A stretch of 64,000 nt of DNA from Amoebidium appalachense (taxonomy: Eukaryota; Protista; Ichthyosporea): assembly GCA_963693365.1 (NCBI GenBank), contig CAVNZM010000008.1, forward strand, positions 10,042,293 through 10,106,292, in the 5' to 3' direction. The position numbers and the translations under genes are program-made. A model generated the notes under the pieces. The model did not search any database. It worked only from the letters and a program-made list of their open reading frames with translations, and was not told where the DNA came from. Every line of letters begins with the position of its first letter. Position 1 is the first letter of the stretch. This document shows positions 1-34,800 of this stretch, one piece after another.

Positions 1-3462
<3,462 letters not shown>

Positions 3463-4982
3463 GTTGCCCAGATGCTATATTTTGAATCACGCTTCCTTTG
3501 ATTCACGCTTCCATATATCAAAGACTAGGCACAGAGACCCTTCGTGAACCTCCTTGCACACAGGATCCAGATCAAGAAGGCGTGCATCGGAGCCAGCTTG
3601 ACGAAATTCAAGAGGAACTATTGCTTATAGTTTAGCCGATATTGAGTAAGCATTGGAATCATCCCCAAGGCCCGGCAGCTCAGGATTTTTCTTGTGGTTC
3701 AAGAGCCTGAGGTTTGGGTATTCTTAGGGCCTGCATGCACCGATTCCTGACGAACTAATTTCACCAAGCTTAAAGTTCTAGAAAATAAAGAGACTACCTT
3801 GAATAATAGCTTTTCTATTCCACATCAATGTTTAGATGGTAAATTTGTAACAAACATCACCTATGTAGGCCCGCCGTTCGCATATCAGACTGGACTGACT
3901 GCAGCTCGAAGTTCACAAAGAGACGGTCACCTCATATCGGTGATATGGCAAGTGGTGCGTACACATGCGATTGGTTGACATCGCACCAGATGCCCCTCTG
4001 TGAGTGTGACGTATACAGGTCTCGGGGGACTGGAATTTAAACAAACTGCGCTAGGGAGATGGGTGCTGGGAATCACCTGGCGGCATGTTGAAATTTCATG
4101 TAAAAGTTTCAAAGGAAATACATCAAAATGAAAAGCTTTAAAGTTGACTGAAAGCAGACCATCATCATGATACTATGTTTTTGAGAGTTAAAAATAAGAA
4201 TATATAACTTGCTCTTGTGACAACTTCCCTTTTCAAGTCCAATATAATATTATTTGGAAGAAATGGCTACGAAAATTGTTCAATAAGTTATGCTTTTTTT
4301 TTTGTTTTTGCAAAAATTGACACCAAAATTGCCTCAATTGGTGTCAGGGGACTTCAGAACCTTTAGTATAAAGTAGCGTCCGCTACAGAAAATAAATAAA
4401 CCCTTTGGAACACTTGATACATCTAAATGACGTCTCATATGACGCACTACATACAGACTATTTAGTAACGGTCACAGCCAGCGCTTCTCGTTCAAAGCGG
4501 CTGCAGGTCACCAACTTCACATGTGAAACACTTTGGTCCCACTTGTCAACCCAAATACCCTTGTTGAGAGAACTCAATACGTTTTACGGTAGGTCTATGC
4601 TATCAAACACTGATGTTAAAACGTGGATTTTGGGTTTGTAGAGTGGTGAAGGACGAGAAATTTCGACAGAAAAGCTTGCTTGCTGGCGGGCAAGGTGATT
4701 TGATAAAGGCGGGGGTGAGAAAACAGGAGGACGAGAGGGCAAAGGTGCATCTAAAAATTTGGGGCTGGGCAAAAAAGCAAGTTGTGGGGGAAAGGCGGGA
4801 GAACGAGGAGCGTGGGGGAGTGGAGAGGCGGCAGAGGAGGCACGGTACAGGGGAGAAAGGGAAGGAGGGAAACAGGCAGGCAGGCACGCAAGGGAAGGGG
4901 GGAGGGAAGGTGAGCGACGAAGAGAGGAGGGGAGGGGGGGGAAGGAATGAAAGAGGGAGGTGGGAGGGAAGTGTGTGTACGC

Positions 4983-5096
<114 letters not shown>

Positions 5097-5150
5097 GGGG
5101 GGGAGTTAGGGGATCCTGTGAGAAAGAGACAGAGAGAGAGAGGGTGTGTG

Positions 5151-5213
<63 letters not shown>

Positions 5214-5788
5214 AGAGAGAGAGAGAGAGAGAGAGAGAGGAGGGAGGGAGGGAGGGAGGGAGGGAGGGAGGGAGGGAGGGAGGGAGGGAGGGAGGGAGAG
5301 GGAGAGAGAGAGAGAGACGAAGAAGGGGATAGCTAGGGAGTGTTAGGGAGGCGTTGGAGCGAGAGGGAGGGAGAGAGAGAGTGAGAGTGAGGAAGGGAAG
5401 GAAGGGGAATCTAGGGGTAGAAGGAGAGCGAGGGAGCGTGAGAAAGAGTTGGACTGAGAGACGAAGTGCGCCCGTATGTGCACGTGTGTTTTGGCGGTGA
5501 ATGATTACTTGTTATCGTATTTGCATGCATGGTTGTTTTGGTCATAGGACTGCCGAGTGGTTGCAACGATATGAGCAGCGGATCCCTTGCATCTGTGTCG
5601 GCATAGGACAGTCTAGGAAAAATGGAGGGAAGGAAAAACAGAGACGGTTGGAGAAGTTGAAAACCGAGGCATTGTGAGGGCTGCTTTGTTGCTTGAGAGA
5701 CGACTCAAAAAACATGCTCTGACAAGGACCAACCATCTTTCAGGAGCTTCGGACCTGACACAAAGGTGTTCTGGCTTCAGTACTAAAC

Positions 5789-18999
<13,211 letters not shown>

Positions 19000-19721
19000 C
19001 AATAACACCCCCCCCCCCCCCCCCCCGGCGCGGGGATGCCCCCCCCTGCGGCGGGGCTTTCCCCTTTGGACTTCACTGCATCATTGCAGTCTGTCTACGT
19101 TCTCTACATGTTCGACTCGTTTCTTCAGAATCTGTTCTTAAGATTCATTACCCTACTTTGCGTGTTGTATATCTAGTCAACCAAATGGTTCACCCGTACT
19201 CAACTACACACTGCGACATATATGAAGAGGCAATATGGCCTTCACGGCTCACATTGTAGCATAATCTTTCACACCACATGCTTTCACCCATTAAATGCAC
19301 TTTCACACCAGCACAACGGATCAGTGTCCAATGATATCCGCATCGGCCACACAGAATCATATTGCGTAATATTCGAGTCATGATGCGCAAACGTGAAATT
19401 CTCTGAGTTTCTTTACAAGGGCTTTTTGCTCTGTGCTATGTTTTGGTTTTTGCTGCCACACAAGGGCCTTCCATTGGTGAATACTGTGTATCACTAGAAA
19501 GACATTTGCTGTACATAATTATATTTGTATTGCTAGAATGACGTTGGTTGGTTTTTGACAGAGAGAGACGTGAGCCGGTGAGAGCTATCTAAACTTTGTG
19601 GCGTAGTTATTGTCCCTGTGAGAATGCTGCCTGACACCAGGTGGAACGCTTGAAAGTGAACCGAATAAAATATGGAAGCGTGTATCCACCATGTCGAGAA
19701 CTGCTGCTCCCTGCTCCCTGC

Positions 19722-19766
<45 letters not shown>

Positions 19767-20011
19767 AAAAAAAAAAAAAAAAGGAAGAAGAAGAAAAGGA
19801 AAGAAAAGAAAGAACAGAAAAGAAAGAAAAGAAAGAAAAGAAAAGAAAAAGAAAAAGGAAAACAAAAAAATAAAATAAAAATAAAATAATACTATAAAGA
19901 GTAAAGCCAAGTACAGACAATAATAGAAAACACACCCCCACTGGATCCTCACACTAGGGGGTTGTGTATGTGTGTGCACGTTGTGTGTGTGTGTGTGTGT
20001 GTGTGTGTGAC

Positions 20012-20054
<43 letters not shown>

Positions 20055-20061
20055 CGGTGTG

Positions 20062-20106
<45 letters not shown>

Positions 20107-20548
20107 AGGGCGGGGGGAGGGGGGGGGGGGGGGGGGAGAGCGATCTCTAGAGAGGGGGGGGGGGGGGGGGGGGGGGACGGTTCGCTTACAATTTGAATTC
20201 AAGGGATGGGGGGATTGCACGCTTTTTATTTGTTACGGACATGTCCGGGAACCTTGCCTCACCCAAAGGCCTACATTTATAAATCCAACCGGGCCTGCCG
20301 GTACAGAAATTGAACCTTTACAAATTTCGGAAATAATTATTCGGAAATTTACTGTCAATGTCAGCCACCATCTAATTGAATATGAGAATCCGAGCTGCCA
20401 GCCTACGCGTTCCCGTGTGTCCCTGTGTGCAACAGGAATGTTACAGTAGATGTGTGCATACATGGGTGCTTTTGTCATATGCCTTGTGTGCGCATGTGTT
20501 TATGTATATGTGGACGGGGAAGTGTGCTTTTATCCCGCACGTGTGTGT

Positions 20549-20626
<78 letters not shown>

Positions 20627-20734
20627 GGTGTGCGTGTGCGTGTGTGTGGCACATGTGAGCGTGTGTGTGCGCCCACACACATGTGTTTCTCTGCATGTTC
20701 ACCAGTGGGGACACTGGAAGTCTTTTCAAAGTCG

Positions 20735-23243
<2,509 letters not shown>

Positions 23244-24851
23244 GTTGATGTTGCTCTCTATTTTGATTTAGACTTGGCTATGGTGCCCTTCGGCTAGGAA
23301 AGAGGTTGTTTCACGCCTAGTATCACAAATGCAATGAGACAGCCAGATGTGCGCGTACAGTTAATAGTTTTATGAAGTATAACGGATGTGAAAACGAGGC
23401 GTTTGACAGTTGTCGGAGGTGACGGTAGTTGGGTCAACTTCAAAGGCTGTTGTTTGCAGAGCGCTCGCATGAGACGGGGAAAAAAAATTGGTGGTAAATT
23501 AGCAAATAGGTTTTAAATTATCAGCACGCGTGCCTTGTGCTCATACTGATGGGGTAAAAAGTGGTTGTAACTTTTTTATGCGAGACAGGGAAAAAGAGAG
23601 AGAGTAGTAAGAGCGGTTTTCTCTACCCACCTAGCGTACCATCGTGGCGGGCATTGAAACTGGTAAGTTACAGTCCGTCTTTCGCACAGGCGACTGACTC
23701 AAAACAAAGTTTCCGCATAATTCCCTTATAAAGCAGATGGCGCCAAAATACACCAATCAGCAATTTGGGGCCGCAAGTTATCCAATCAATGATTAGATAA
23801 ATCTGGAGGGGGATTCAAACAGAACTAATTGAAAAATTGGAAAATCGGTGTTGAGGAATCACTTGTACAGTATTACTGATAGCTGCATAGTGACAGTGAA
23901 AAGGTTTTATAGGTGTTAAAATTATGTCCAAATTTCTGCCTATGCAAGCTTATGGCATTCTAATTTATTTTGGAGCAAACATTGTATTTCGAATTCAGGC
24001 GTGTTGTTCTGCATTTCTGTCTACATGGCGTGCGCCTGCGACCCTGTAAAATATATTGGTGTGAAATTTGAAATCGATATGCATAAACCTTATCTACCAG
24101 CCAACAACCTCTTTAGCCAACCAGCTTTCACCTCTAAAGATGCATCATAGTGAATGCCAGCCTTGTCACTCACGCACGAACAGATGTTTTTCGGTTTCTC
24201 GTTTTCTTTCCCTGGTTTGGTTTTTGCTTTAGAACAAGACGGATTGAAACAAAGTTGTGTGCCTGCACACTCCAGGTTAGTAAAAATTCGACAAATAAAA
24301 CATGGATACAGAATGTTGATGATTACTAGAGGAGTGGCACCTTCATAAGGTCAGTCTCCCAGTTGTCAACACACGTGGAATTTGGTTTTGTTTGTGGCTT
24401 TGTGCACTTGACTGTTTCTTCTGGAGAATGCGGATGGAAGCAAACCAAGAATGCTGTACAGGCATGCCTTGCCATAGCCCCTAAGTAACACATTAATTGG
24501 TGACGCCTTGTCTCTATTGTGCAACCGCCCCCCCCCCCCCCCCCCCCCCCCTCCCTCCCTCCCTTCCTCCCCTCCCTTTCTACCTCTTGCCTATGGTTCC
24601 CCTTGCATTCTAGTTTCTACCCCTTTTCCTATTGAAATTATGCTCCGTTTTTATGTTGCACCCTTTTAAGCAAACATCTGTGCTACCGTTTTTAACAGAG
24701 AGTGGGTGACTAATGCTCTGCGCTCTTCTAGCGCTCCGTCTCCGCGCACTCTCCCCATTTAACAAGCTATGTCTCACATCCTGGTTCAACAGACGGACAC
24801 GGTTCTGTTTTAAGCCTTGAGGACAATCATGTTTTGGGCTTCAGTGTTACG

Positions 24852-26189
24852 ATGAAGGGTCAAAGTAAAACACCTCGGAAAAAGGCGGACATCCCCCTGC
24901 TAAAGGGGGTGTCACGTGGGAGAAGGCCGGACAGCAGGCGCAAGGATGACCCGGTATGTGTCTTTCCTTTTTGCCCTTTCTGGGTATATGTTGGTTGATC
25001 ATGCCTGTTTACTCTATACGAAGAATTCGTGTTGGATTTACAACTTTTATGCTTATTCGTTTGTACGTGAGCTGATCGTCTTCTTTGTTCCCTCGTCCAC
25101 AGGACCCCTCAGTGGGATTGGTGGATGAGCAGGCACGGGCAGAGGGCTTTGAGAGCCACCAAGGGTATGTTTGCGTTCTTTGGTTATTCTCTGTCGCTTC
25201 TCCCTCTTTCTCCCCTTCTCAGTCCACCTCCCCCCCCCCCCCCCCCCCCCCTTTTGTCCCTCCTCCTTTCAGCCTCCCTTTCTCTTGATGTTCTGGAGTG
25301 TGATTTCAGAGCTTTCTCGCCTCTGTTGAGAAGACTGACATTTGCTCTGTTCCACACTGCTTCTTTTACTCTGTTCTGTTTCTCGTTTTCGAATGGATCT
25401 GGTATGTGCCATATTCTCCTTTTCCTTACTTCCTCTCTTTATTATTACTGCCATCCTCTCCAGACTGTGCCAGCCCTCCCTTCTCACCTTCTGTCTCTTC
25501 TCGGTTTTCGGTTTCCCCCACCCCCTCTTCACCGTCTGACTCCTACCTCCCCCTTCCACTCCCCACTCCTTCCCCCCCCCCCCCCCCCCCCCTCTCCCCC
25601 CGACCCCTGCAGTGTTATCCGTCGTGAATGTGTTCCTTCTTACTCTGTAACGCATTCTACTCCCCCTCCCCCCTCTTTCCCCTGCCCCTCCCCCCGCCCT
25701 CTTCCTCCCCCCCCCCCCCCCCCCCCCTTCATGGGCTCTGTTCAAGTGTCTTCTGCCTGCAACTTAATTGTTTGGTTTTGGATTTCCCACGTTTGTGACG
25801 TTTTGTTGTTGCTCTTTGTTGTCTCCTCCATATTTCCAACCCTCTAACGCATACACCCCCCCCCCCCCCCCTCCCCCCCGCCCCCCTGCCCTCAAAGTCA
25901 AGGGGAGAGAGGGAGAAAGGAATCTTTCCACTCAGTAGCCCCTCTTCCACCACAACACGCACACATGCGCACACATCCTCGCCAGCACGCACACACACGT
26001 GCACAAATAAAAAGCTATCAACACTTGAATAGACAAGGAAGCAAAGTAGCAGTTGGAGGCTCGGCATCATGGAGTTTTTTGTTTTATTAAACACTTGCAC
26101 CACACGTATACAAGGAGGCGGTCTTTACTGTTACAAGGCACACACACACGTACACACATACATTACAAAAGCACGTGCACACACACGTA

Positions 26190-26277
<88 letters not shown>

Positions 26278-27061
26278 ACACACACACACACACGATGAAG
26301 GAGACGGGGAGACAGTTTGCAGTCATCCCTGCTCACCTAAGGCTCTAGTAAACGTGGGAGCTAACATGTTCTTTTCCTATTTGTGTGCGGATCATTGTTG
26401 TTGTATCTGTGCATGCAGACACGTTCACAAACACACCACACACACATGTGTACACATAACACATGTGGACACATGCTCTCATGCATTCACACCCCCACCC
26501 TCTTATAGCATGATATAACCAAGCAAACGAACAAGCAAAGAAAGAGCAAATTTGCTGAGCAAGAGTATATGCCAACGAGCCGAGCCACAAACGAATGAGC
26601 AGAAAGCAAAGAAGAGAATGAGCAAACAAGCAAACAAGCAAGCACGCAAACAAGACAAAAGCAAACAAGTAAGCAAGAAGCAAGCAAACAAACAACCAAG
26701 CAACCAAGCAAGCAAACAAGCAAGCAAACAAGCAAGCAAACAAGCAAACACGCAAACAAGTTAACAAGTGAACACAAACAAGCTCATGAGCGCACGCATC
26801 CACGGTCGCGCGCGCTCACGCACACACACACACACACACACACATACACACACATACAGAAGCAAGCAAACAAGCAAACAAGCCAACAAGCAGGCAAACG
26901 AGCAAACAGGCAAATAAGCAAAAAGCAAACGAGCAAACAAGCAAATAATCAGACAAGCAAACGCAGATGAGCAAACAAGCAAGCAATCAAGCAAGCAAAT
27001 GAGCAAACAAGCAAACAAGCAAAAGGCAAAGAATCTCATGCGTGCACACAACCATGCACAC

Positions 27062-27121
<60 letters not shown>

Positions 27122-27959
27122 GCACACGCACACCCACACGCACACCCACACCCACACCCACACCCACACCCACACACGCACGCGCACGCACGTTCCCCCT
27201 CCCCCCCCCCCCCCCCCCCCCCCCCCGCGCCCTCCCTCCTGCTCTCCATCGTTCGGATGCGTTCACCCCACTCGAACATGCACCCGTGCTCGCCCTCCCT
27301 TACATACACACGTACACACACACACACACACAGGCACGAAGAAACACTGCCTGTAGGTCGGGGTGGAAGGCAGCGGCGTGAGCATGTCGGCAAACACGAC
27401 AGTGGGTTCCCCCGTCTCTCCCTCCCTTCCCCCCCCCCCCCCCCCCCCCCCCCCCACCACCTCTTCTTTTTCATTTTTCCTTCCCCCTCATACTAACCCC
27501 TTCAACGCACGTCTTGTTCGGCCCCTTTCCAACTCCCCCCCCCCCCCCCCCCCCCCCCCCCTTCATAACCCATACCTTATGTGTTACACTTTCTCGATGC
27601 ATGCTGGTTTGCTTCGGTTCTCGTTTCTGCAACTCAGGCAATGTTTAAGCTCCCAAAATTCCCCAATCCCCCCTTTCTCTGATTCCTCTTCCAATTTTTT
27701 AAAATACCAGTGCTGAAATGATGGTGCAAGCATGACATCGTCACGCTTGTGTATGAGCGTGCACACACACACACGACTGATGAAGGCATTTATATACCGG
27801 AAAGTTACGAGCACATGCAAAGGTAGAATTTGTAGGAGTTTTGAGGCCTCGTGAGGCATAAAGAAACTCTGCACCACCGAGAATAAGTGTGAAAGTGCAC
27901 ATGCATTCGCGCTAAGCACACACACACACACAAACACACACACGCACACGCACACACAC

Positions 27960-28031
<72 letters not shown>

Positions 28032-28316
28032 CATGTATATATGTGTGTATGTATGTTTGGTTCCTGCACACTGGTGAACACACGTGCATGCACTCTGCCC
28101 CACACACTTGTACACTGCAGTACAGGCACACAGTCACAGATACGATCTGGGCACGTGCACGTGCACAGTGGAGCCCATGCACACTCAATAACCCCCCCCC
28201 CCCCCCCCCCCTCCCCCCCGGCGTCCATTTCACAACCGCTATACCATATTTCCCTAGGCCTTATCCCACCGCACGAGCACACGCACGCACACACCCATGT
28301 TGATTTTTTGCGTACT

Positions 28317-28349
<33 letters not shown>

Positions 28350-28701
28350 GGGGGGGGGGGGGGGGTTGGATATCCCTTTTGTGTTTTGAGTCTGCTCTTG
28401 CTTTCTGTATCTCTCACGGCATGCCTGCCACACGACCAAAGGTTTTCTGTTTGTTGCCGTAACTGTGGGGTTCCCATTTGCAGTTTGGTAGGTAGAAACG
28501 ATTTTTCTTTGTGCCTATTTCTTTGTGCTTAGGCACCTCTCGGGGTTGGGGCAGGAGTGTTGGGACTTAAGGGAGGGTAAGTGGATGGGCGGAGGGGGGC
28601 AGGGGAAACAGTGTAAATGGTGCTCTGAGGTTGCTTAGGTGTGGTTGGCTCAAGGGGTGGCAAGTGCTTTAGAGAAGGGTGGGAAAGGTTTTCTAGTTGT
28701 G

Positions 28702-28769
<68 letters not shown>

Positions 28770-28799
28770 GGTGTGGGTGCTTTTTTTTTGTTTTTTTTT

Positions 28800-28840
<41 letters not shown>

Positions 28841-31800
28841 ATGTTTTTTGGGGTGTCCTAATTTCCATTGATAAAATTGTCTAGAACAAGACAGTCAGCA
28901 CCCATTCACACATTGCTTCACGCAGGCGACTTGGGGAAAGATGCAGCTGCGCCAACGCCAAACGGTGGTGTTCCCCAACACAACCTTTCAAACCCTCCTT
29001 CGCCACAAAACGACAAACCCCCCATTACGAAACGCCTGCACATGAATGCTATTGACGCTTATAGCTCCTCCGGGTCGGAAGACGAATTGAATCGCTGCAA
29101 TCAAAGCGACGGAGACGCACGCGCGTTGCCAAACTGCGAGGATAAGAACACACCGGAAAACGGCAAAGGGGAAATCGTGAATTCTCCGCACGAACCGGTT
29201 ATTCATGGGAACGAGAATGATGTGGGAGGGGGTGTGGTTGCTCGCGCGAGCCCGAAGGTGGAGCAAATCACGGCAGGGAGCGAGCAACCAAGCGCACCAA
29301 CCGGTGAGGGCGTCGAGCCAGATCGGACAAATGTGATTCGATCGCGCGACTCAGCGAATGAATTCGAGGCAAGTGCCAACCCCGCAAACTCCCCCACCGA
29401 GATATCGCCTTCACCAACCGAAAATCTGGGCGGGGGGTCGGTGGAGAGATTTCACAGCGGTAGCGCTACGGACCCCGTGGGCACGGCACACGCTGGCGGC
29501 GAAACGGGGAGGGGTGGGGTGTGTGAGTATTTGGATACCGCAGTACCAGCGGATATTGCCGGGCAGGCGGTGGGCCGTGTGGGTGTGAATGGAGAGGTGG
29601 AAGAGGAAGCCGGAAATGTCCATGGTGGGAATTTGCCGAACGGGGGGGTTCAGGGAGCCGGGGTGGTACAGGGTGACCAAGCGGATGGTGTGATGGCAGC
29701 GAGCCAACACCGGCACGAGTCAACCCAACCCCAAATGTCCCACACGGTGAATCCGGCCAGCCCATTCCCACGTGCACCCATGGAATTGGGCGTGGCGGGT
29801 GGTGACGGCGCGGCAGGAGATGCGGCGAATGAGACGGCCGGTTTTAGGTCCGAAGTGGTGTATGGGGGGCTGCATGATGTAAATACACAGCCAACGAATC
29901 ACGTTGAGCCGATGGTGCGACGCGGAAGGCTAGGCATGGCCTATGGGCAGATGTGGACTGGCGGCGACTCGTTTGGGCAGGGGCAGAATAGCCCGTCTGC
30001 TGTGGTCCCTTACGGCCAGCCCGCGGCGACGGTTTCTGGTGGGCAGATGCAATCGCAATCGCAATCGCAGATGCAGCCGCAATTGCAGATGCAATCGGAG
30101 GTGCAATCGCACGGAGATGTGGAACAAGGTTTGCATGCCAATTTGGTGGGCCAGCTGAACCACGTGATTTCCGGCTTGGAAGCAGAGGGACACGTCCACT
30201 GGGCAAACATGCTACGGCCAGTTCGCGACGGGGTCATTGAGTTGCTTCCTGGCGTCCTTCCCCCGAGGTACGCACGCGAACTAAGTGACAATTTTATCAT
30301 GATCGCCCAACTCCTCAACCGGAATAACAACCGTGTCTTGGAAGTAACGGCGCCACAGGTGATGAGCAACAATATCCCAACAATCCCTCCTATGCCGGTA
30401 TCCCACGATTCGGACCCAGCCCAGGTGGAGCCGAATCCACCGATAGAAACCGCTGCTTTACTGCCCGTTCCGGCCGAATCAGTTCCCGTTGAAACGGTGA
30501 TGGATTCACGGACGGTTCTTGTCCACCCATCCCCCGATTCCACCCCACCCGTGATCCCCGCAATTTCGCACACCGAAAGCGTCGACAGTTTGCACGAGCA
30601 CGTTCGGTTTGACGTTCAACCGTGGGAGAGGTCGGAATCGCAAATATCCCTCCCACCCCCGCCCCCGCCTGACAGCTCTCCTCCCGTGAGCCCCATCCTT
30701 GCGCAGGCATCAACACCACCACCACCACCTGTTCATGTTTCACCTCCTCGAACCCGATCCCCCCCACCCCCCATTTCCCCGAGGGAGGAGGAGGAGAAGG
30801 AAATTAGGAGCCCGGAGCCAACACCCACAATGCTCGTGGACCCACCGAGTATTGACGGTGCCCTCCCCCCCATCCCGTCGTTTATGACGAGATATCCGTC
30901 ACCTCGTCGCGCAGCCGTGACCGAGGAAGGGGAAACACTAACGACGGTTGTTTCGGCAAGCAGCGGGAATAAGGAAAAGGGCGGGCAGGACACACGGCAA
31001 GCGCCTGGCGGGCCTCTACTCAGATCCGCACGGAGCCCCTCACGTTCCCCCGTTCCGGAAAACACAACGTCGTTGCTTTCGTCTCCGGGGGCGCCAGTGG
31101 CACCGGCGGGGGGAAGGGGAGTGAGAACATGCGTTTTGAGCGAAACGGGCAGCGCCCCCCATCAGGTTCGGAGCCGGGAAACATCACCGGGTATGGAATC
31201 GAGGCAGGTTGGTGGGCACAGTCCACGCCGCAAGGGACGCTCGCAGGGAAACCTCCCCAACGAGACCTCCCCGCCCAGGGGTGTGCCGGCGAAGGAGAAC
31301 GAAGGGCCAAAGCGTCAGGCGGAAGAGGTGTTGGGTCGACCCGAGACAAAACGCGCACGTACGGACGCTGTGTCGGCGACTGAAAGCGCCAGCGTTTCGG
31401 AGGGTAGGTTATTGCGAAAGAGGAGCTATGGCAAGCAACACTCCGCCGCCGCCGTCGCCAACGAAAACGTAACCACGACCCCTGCTGCACCATTGACACC
31501 CATCCCTGAGCCACTTGGGAAGGGCAGGAGACGGAGCCAGGGGAAGTCTGGAACGGGACCTGAGACTTCCACACCCACACCGCCGCAGCCACCCGCACCC
31601 GTGCAGTCACGTGTGCAGGAGCCAATCACAATGCCCCAACCGGCAATGTTGGCGCGACAAACGATCACTCGGAGGAGTGAACGCCTTACGCGGTCCGCGT
31701 TGGGTGTCTCGAAATCGGCCGATCGGCTTTCCACCGATTCACAGGCGGAGGAAGTGGTTATTCCGGTTGTTGCAGAGCCAGCACACACACCTGCGGCAAC

Positions 31801-34800
31801 GACGGAAACGAGTGAAAGCGTGGACGTTGAACGAAAAACGTCTGCAAAGGGTAGGAAGGGGAGGGGTCGGGGCCGGGCTACACGGGGTAAGGCGAAGGAG
31901 ACGGAGGTGCAGCCGCTCCCGCCACCAGCACCAGAGGAGCCGCGGGCTGTTGACGAATCGGGTCAGCAGGCGCCTCGACCCGTGGGTGACGGTTTGGGCC
32001 AGCAACTGCCACTACCTGGTAACGAACCGGTTGAGCAGCCGGTGGCCAGTGCCGAGGTAGACGTACCGACATCCACCACAGACGGGGATGTTTCTGCCAA
32101 CGACCACCACGCACAACCACCCCCACCAACGGGGCCCTGCCCACGCCAACCCCCACCACCACCTCCACTACGGGGGCACACGGCAGGACAGCAACCACCA
32201 CTGCTATCACCACCACCACAACAGCAACAACCACCACAACCACCACCACTATTGCCACAACCACCACCACTATTGCCACAACCACCACCACCACTTCCGG
32301 ATTCACCACCAGCAGCATCGCCACTACAACCATCAGAACAACAACAACAAGAACAACAACCACTACCATTCCAACAACAACCACCACCACCACCATCGCC
32401 GCCGCCGCCACAACAACAACCACCACCAAACGAAGCCCCCTCATCGCAAACACCACCACCATCCCAAACAGTCGAGTCATCCATACCACCACCATCGCCA
32501 CTACCGCCAACTGATTTCGAACAGACCGACACATCCCCCACCATAAGTAGAGTCAGTCGCTCTCTTACGATAGCAGGTGGGGATGGCCAGTCTCCCATCC
32601 ATGTCGGTGATAACGGTGAAAACAGCCTGGGTGGGACGGAAATTACTGTCGATGTGCACGTGGGTGGTGCTAGCCGAAGTACCGGCGAGGGGTTGGCACC
32701 TATGGACGTGCAACCACACAACCCGGATCCAATAATACCCGCGTTTTCCGGAGATGAAAATCTGTCAGTGGTTGCGGGTGGTGCGGGTGTTGTGGACGAA
32801 ATGGAGAGTGTAGGTGAGGTTTACGTTTCGGCACACGGCCCGGTGACGGAGATTTCGCCTGATGCGACGGGTGCGGAAGAAAACGGTGATGTGGTTGCTG
32901 CTATGGAGGGAATGGCCCCAATCCACCCGTCCCAATCCACAAGGATGGAACCCACCCACCCACCGACCGCCACCGAACCGCAAGGCGTCATCACCCCGAG
33001 CACGGATGAAACCTCGGGTGTAGTGCCACAGGCCCTTGCCCCGATGGTGGATACCACCCCAATACAACTGCAAAAACCGATCACCCCACCACCAACCTCT
33101 GACCCGGAGCCCACATCCGTACCCACACAACCAGTCGCTGCGACTATTTCAGAGGAACAACCACAAGACGAGAAAGCGGCAACCTCGAGAAAACCGGCAC
33201 CAATTTCGGTCGAGCCGCATGAGGAGATCGGGTCAGCCCGACCCGAAAACCTGAAAGCCTCAATCGGGCCGGCACCCGTCGTGTCGCTCACCTACAAGGC
33301 GGAGGCTGGCACCATGCTACCACGTGCCGTTCGACAACACCAACAGCCACCCTCCCACAAGTTCCCCTCGGCTCCTGCGGGAAACACTGTTCCCATATCA
33401 CCCTTGGTTGGGACAAATAGCCCTGCGTCATCCACGCCGAATTCTCCCGCAACGCGTACGCGCAGCGCGCCAACACAGCAGGCGCCGCCACAAGCGCAGG
33501 CATGCGTCACGCGCACCCTTTCCACCGGGAGTGAGTCGCCAAATATGACGGTGATTCTTCCGAAGCAAGCGGTTGCCAGCGGCCTCTTACCCAAATTGCA
33601 CATTAGGCGACAGGGCTCAATGAAGAACCTGCATGAAACGGAAACGGGGACACATTCCCCTGCGCCTTCCCCGGCGCCTGCTCGCACCGCCACCCGGACG
33701 CCTGCCATCCCCACCCCTACCACTACACCTAAACCTACACCCCAACAGGCCACTGGGGAGACGGTCCCCGCGTCGCAAAGGGAGGAAGATGTGTTGGTTG
33801 GTGGAAAGAAAACGGGGAAATCGGCCGAAATTCGGGAGGAAACTGGTGAGAAACCGGTCGAAAATCGGGAGAAAACGGAGGAGAAAACGAACGAAAATCG
33901 GGAGGAAAAAGCAGACATCAGCATTGAGACAAGTGCTGTGCTTCTACTCACGGACGTGTCCATGGACATCGATGTTTCCCTTCCCCCAGCGGCTAAACAC
34001 ACCCATGGCGTGACGGAACCCGGGTCGCACCGGCTTGAAAATGGGTGTGCGAGTGTGGAGTCGGCAGGGGGATTTATTCGTAATGGTGAGGGAACACACC
34101 GAAACAATCCGTTGTTGGGAGTGGGTGGTGTCGACGGTGAGAAAAAGGGGGGAGGGGAGGGAGAGTCCACACGTGAAATTTTCGATGAAGGGTATGAGTT
34201 TACCCGGGTTAGGACCACCGGACGGTGAAAGGAAAAATGAGAAGGAAGGAGAGAAGGAGAGAGGGAAAGAGCAAAAGTATATGAAGGAAGAAAAGATGGA
34301 GCAGGGGAAGGAAGGGAACGAAGGAGAGATGGTGAAGGGGAAGGAAGGGGGAGGAAGAGAAGGAAGAGAAGGAAGAAGAAAAGCGGAAGGGGAAGGAACA
34401 CAAACGGGATCGCGAGCACAAGAAAAAGAAGAGCAAGGAGAGGAAGGAGAAGAAGGAAAAACACTCCCACAAGGACAGGAAGAAGTCAAGGGATCGGGAT
34501 GATAAGGAAAGAGAGGAGAGGAGGAGAGAGAAAGAGAAGGGGAGACAAAGGGAAAAGGAGGAGAGAGAGAAAGAATCGGGCAGGGCAGAGGAGATTGAAA
34601 AGGAAACGGAGGGGGATAGAGAGAGGATGAAGGAGGATGATTTGGAAAGGGGAAGGGAGAGGGAGAGGTTGAGGAAGCCATCGACGGAAAGTGTCAAGGA
34701 AATAGAGAGGGAGAGGGAGAAGGAGAAGGAGAAGGAAAAGGAGAGGGAGAGGGAGAGGGAGAGGGAGAAGGAAAAGGAGAAAGAGAGGGAGAGGGAGAGG

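Noticed and set aside
4100-4420. AT-rich block resembling a DNA-transposon (MITE) remnant between the divergent Trk and EDC3 genes
   Set aside because: No terminal inverted repeats, TSD or second copy could be identified by eye.
19190-19720. Non-repetitive minus-strand ORF fragments between EDC3 and the PAP2 gene
   Set aside because: Short, no recognisable motif, no consistent splice chain; may be UTR sequence.
20231-20446. TGTTAC...GTTACA segment resembling a solo LTR
   Set aside because: The terminal repeat is imperfect, and there is no target-site duplication or second copy in the window.
27774-27812. CTGATGA-AGG...CC-GGAAA hammerhead-like word
   Set aside because: Stem II is mismatched, and no stem I or cleavage triplet can be formed; compatible with chance.
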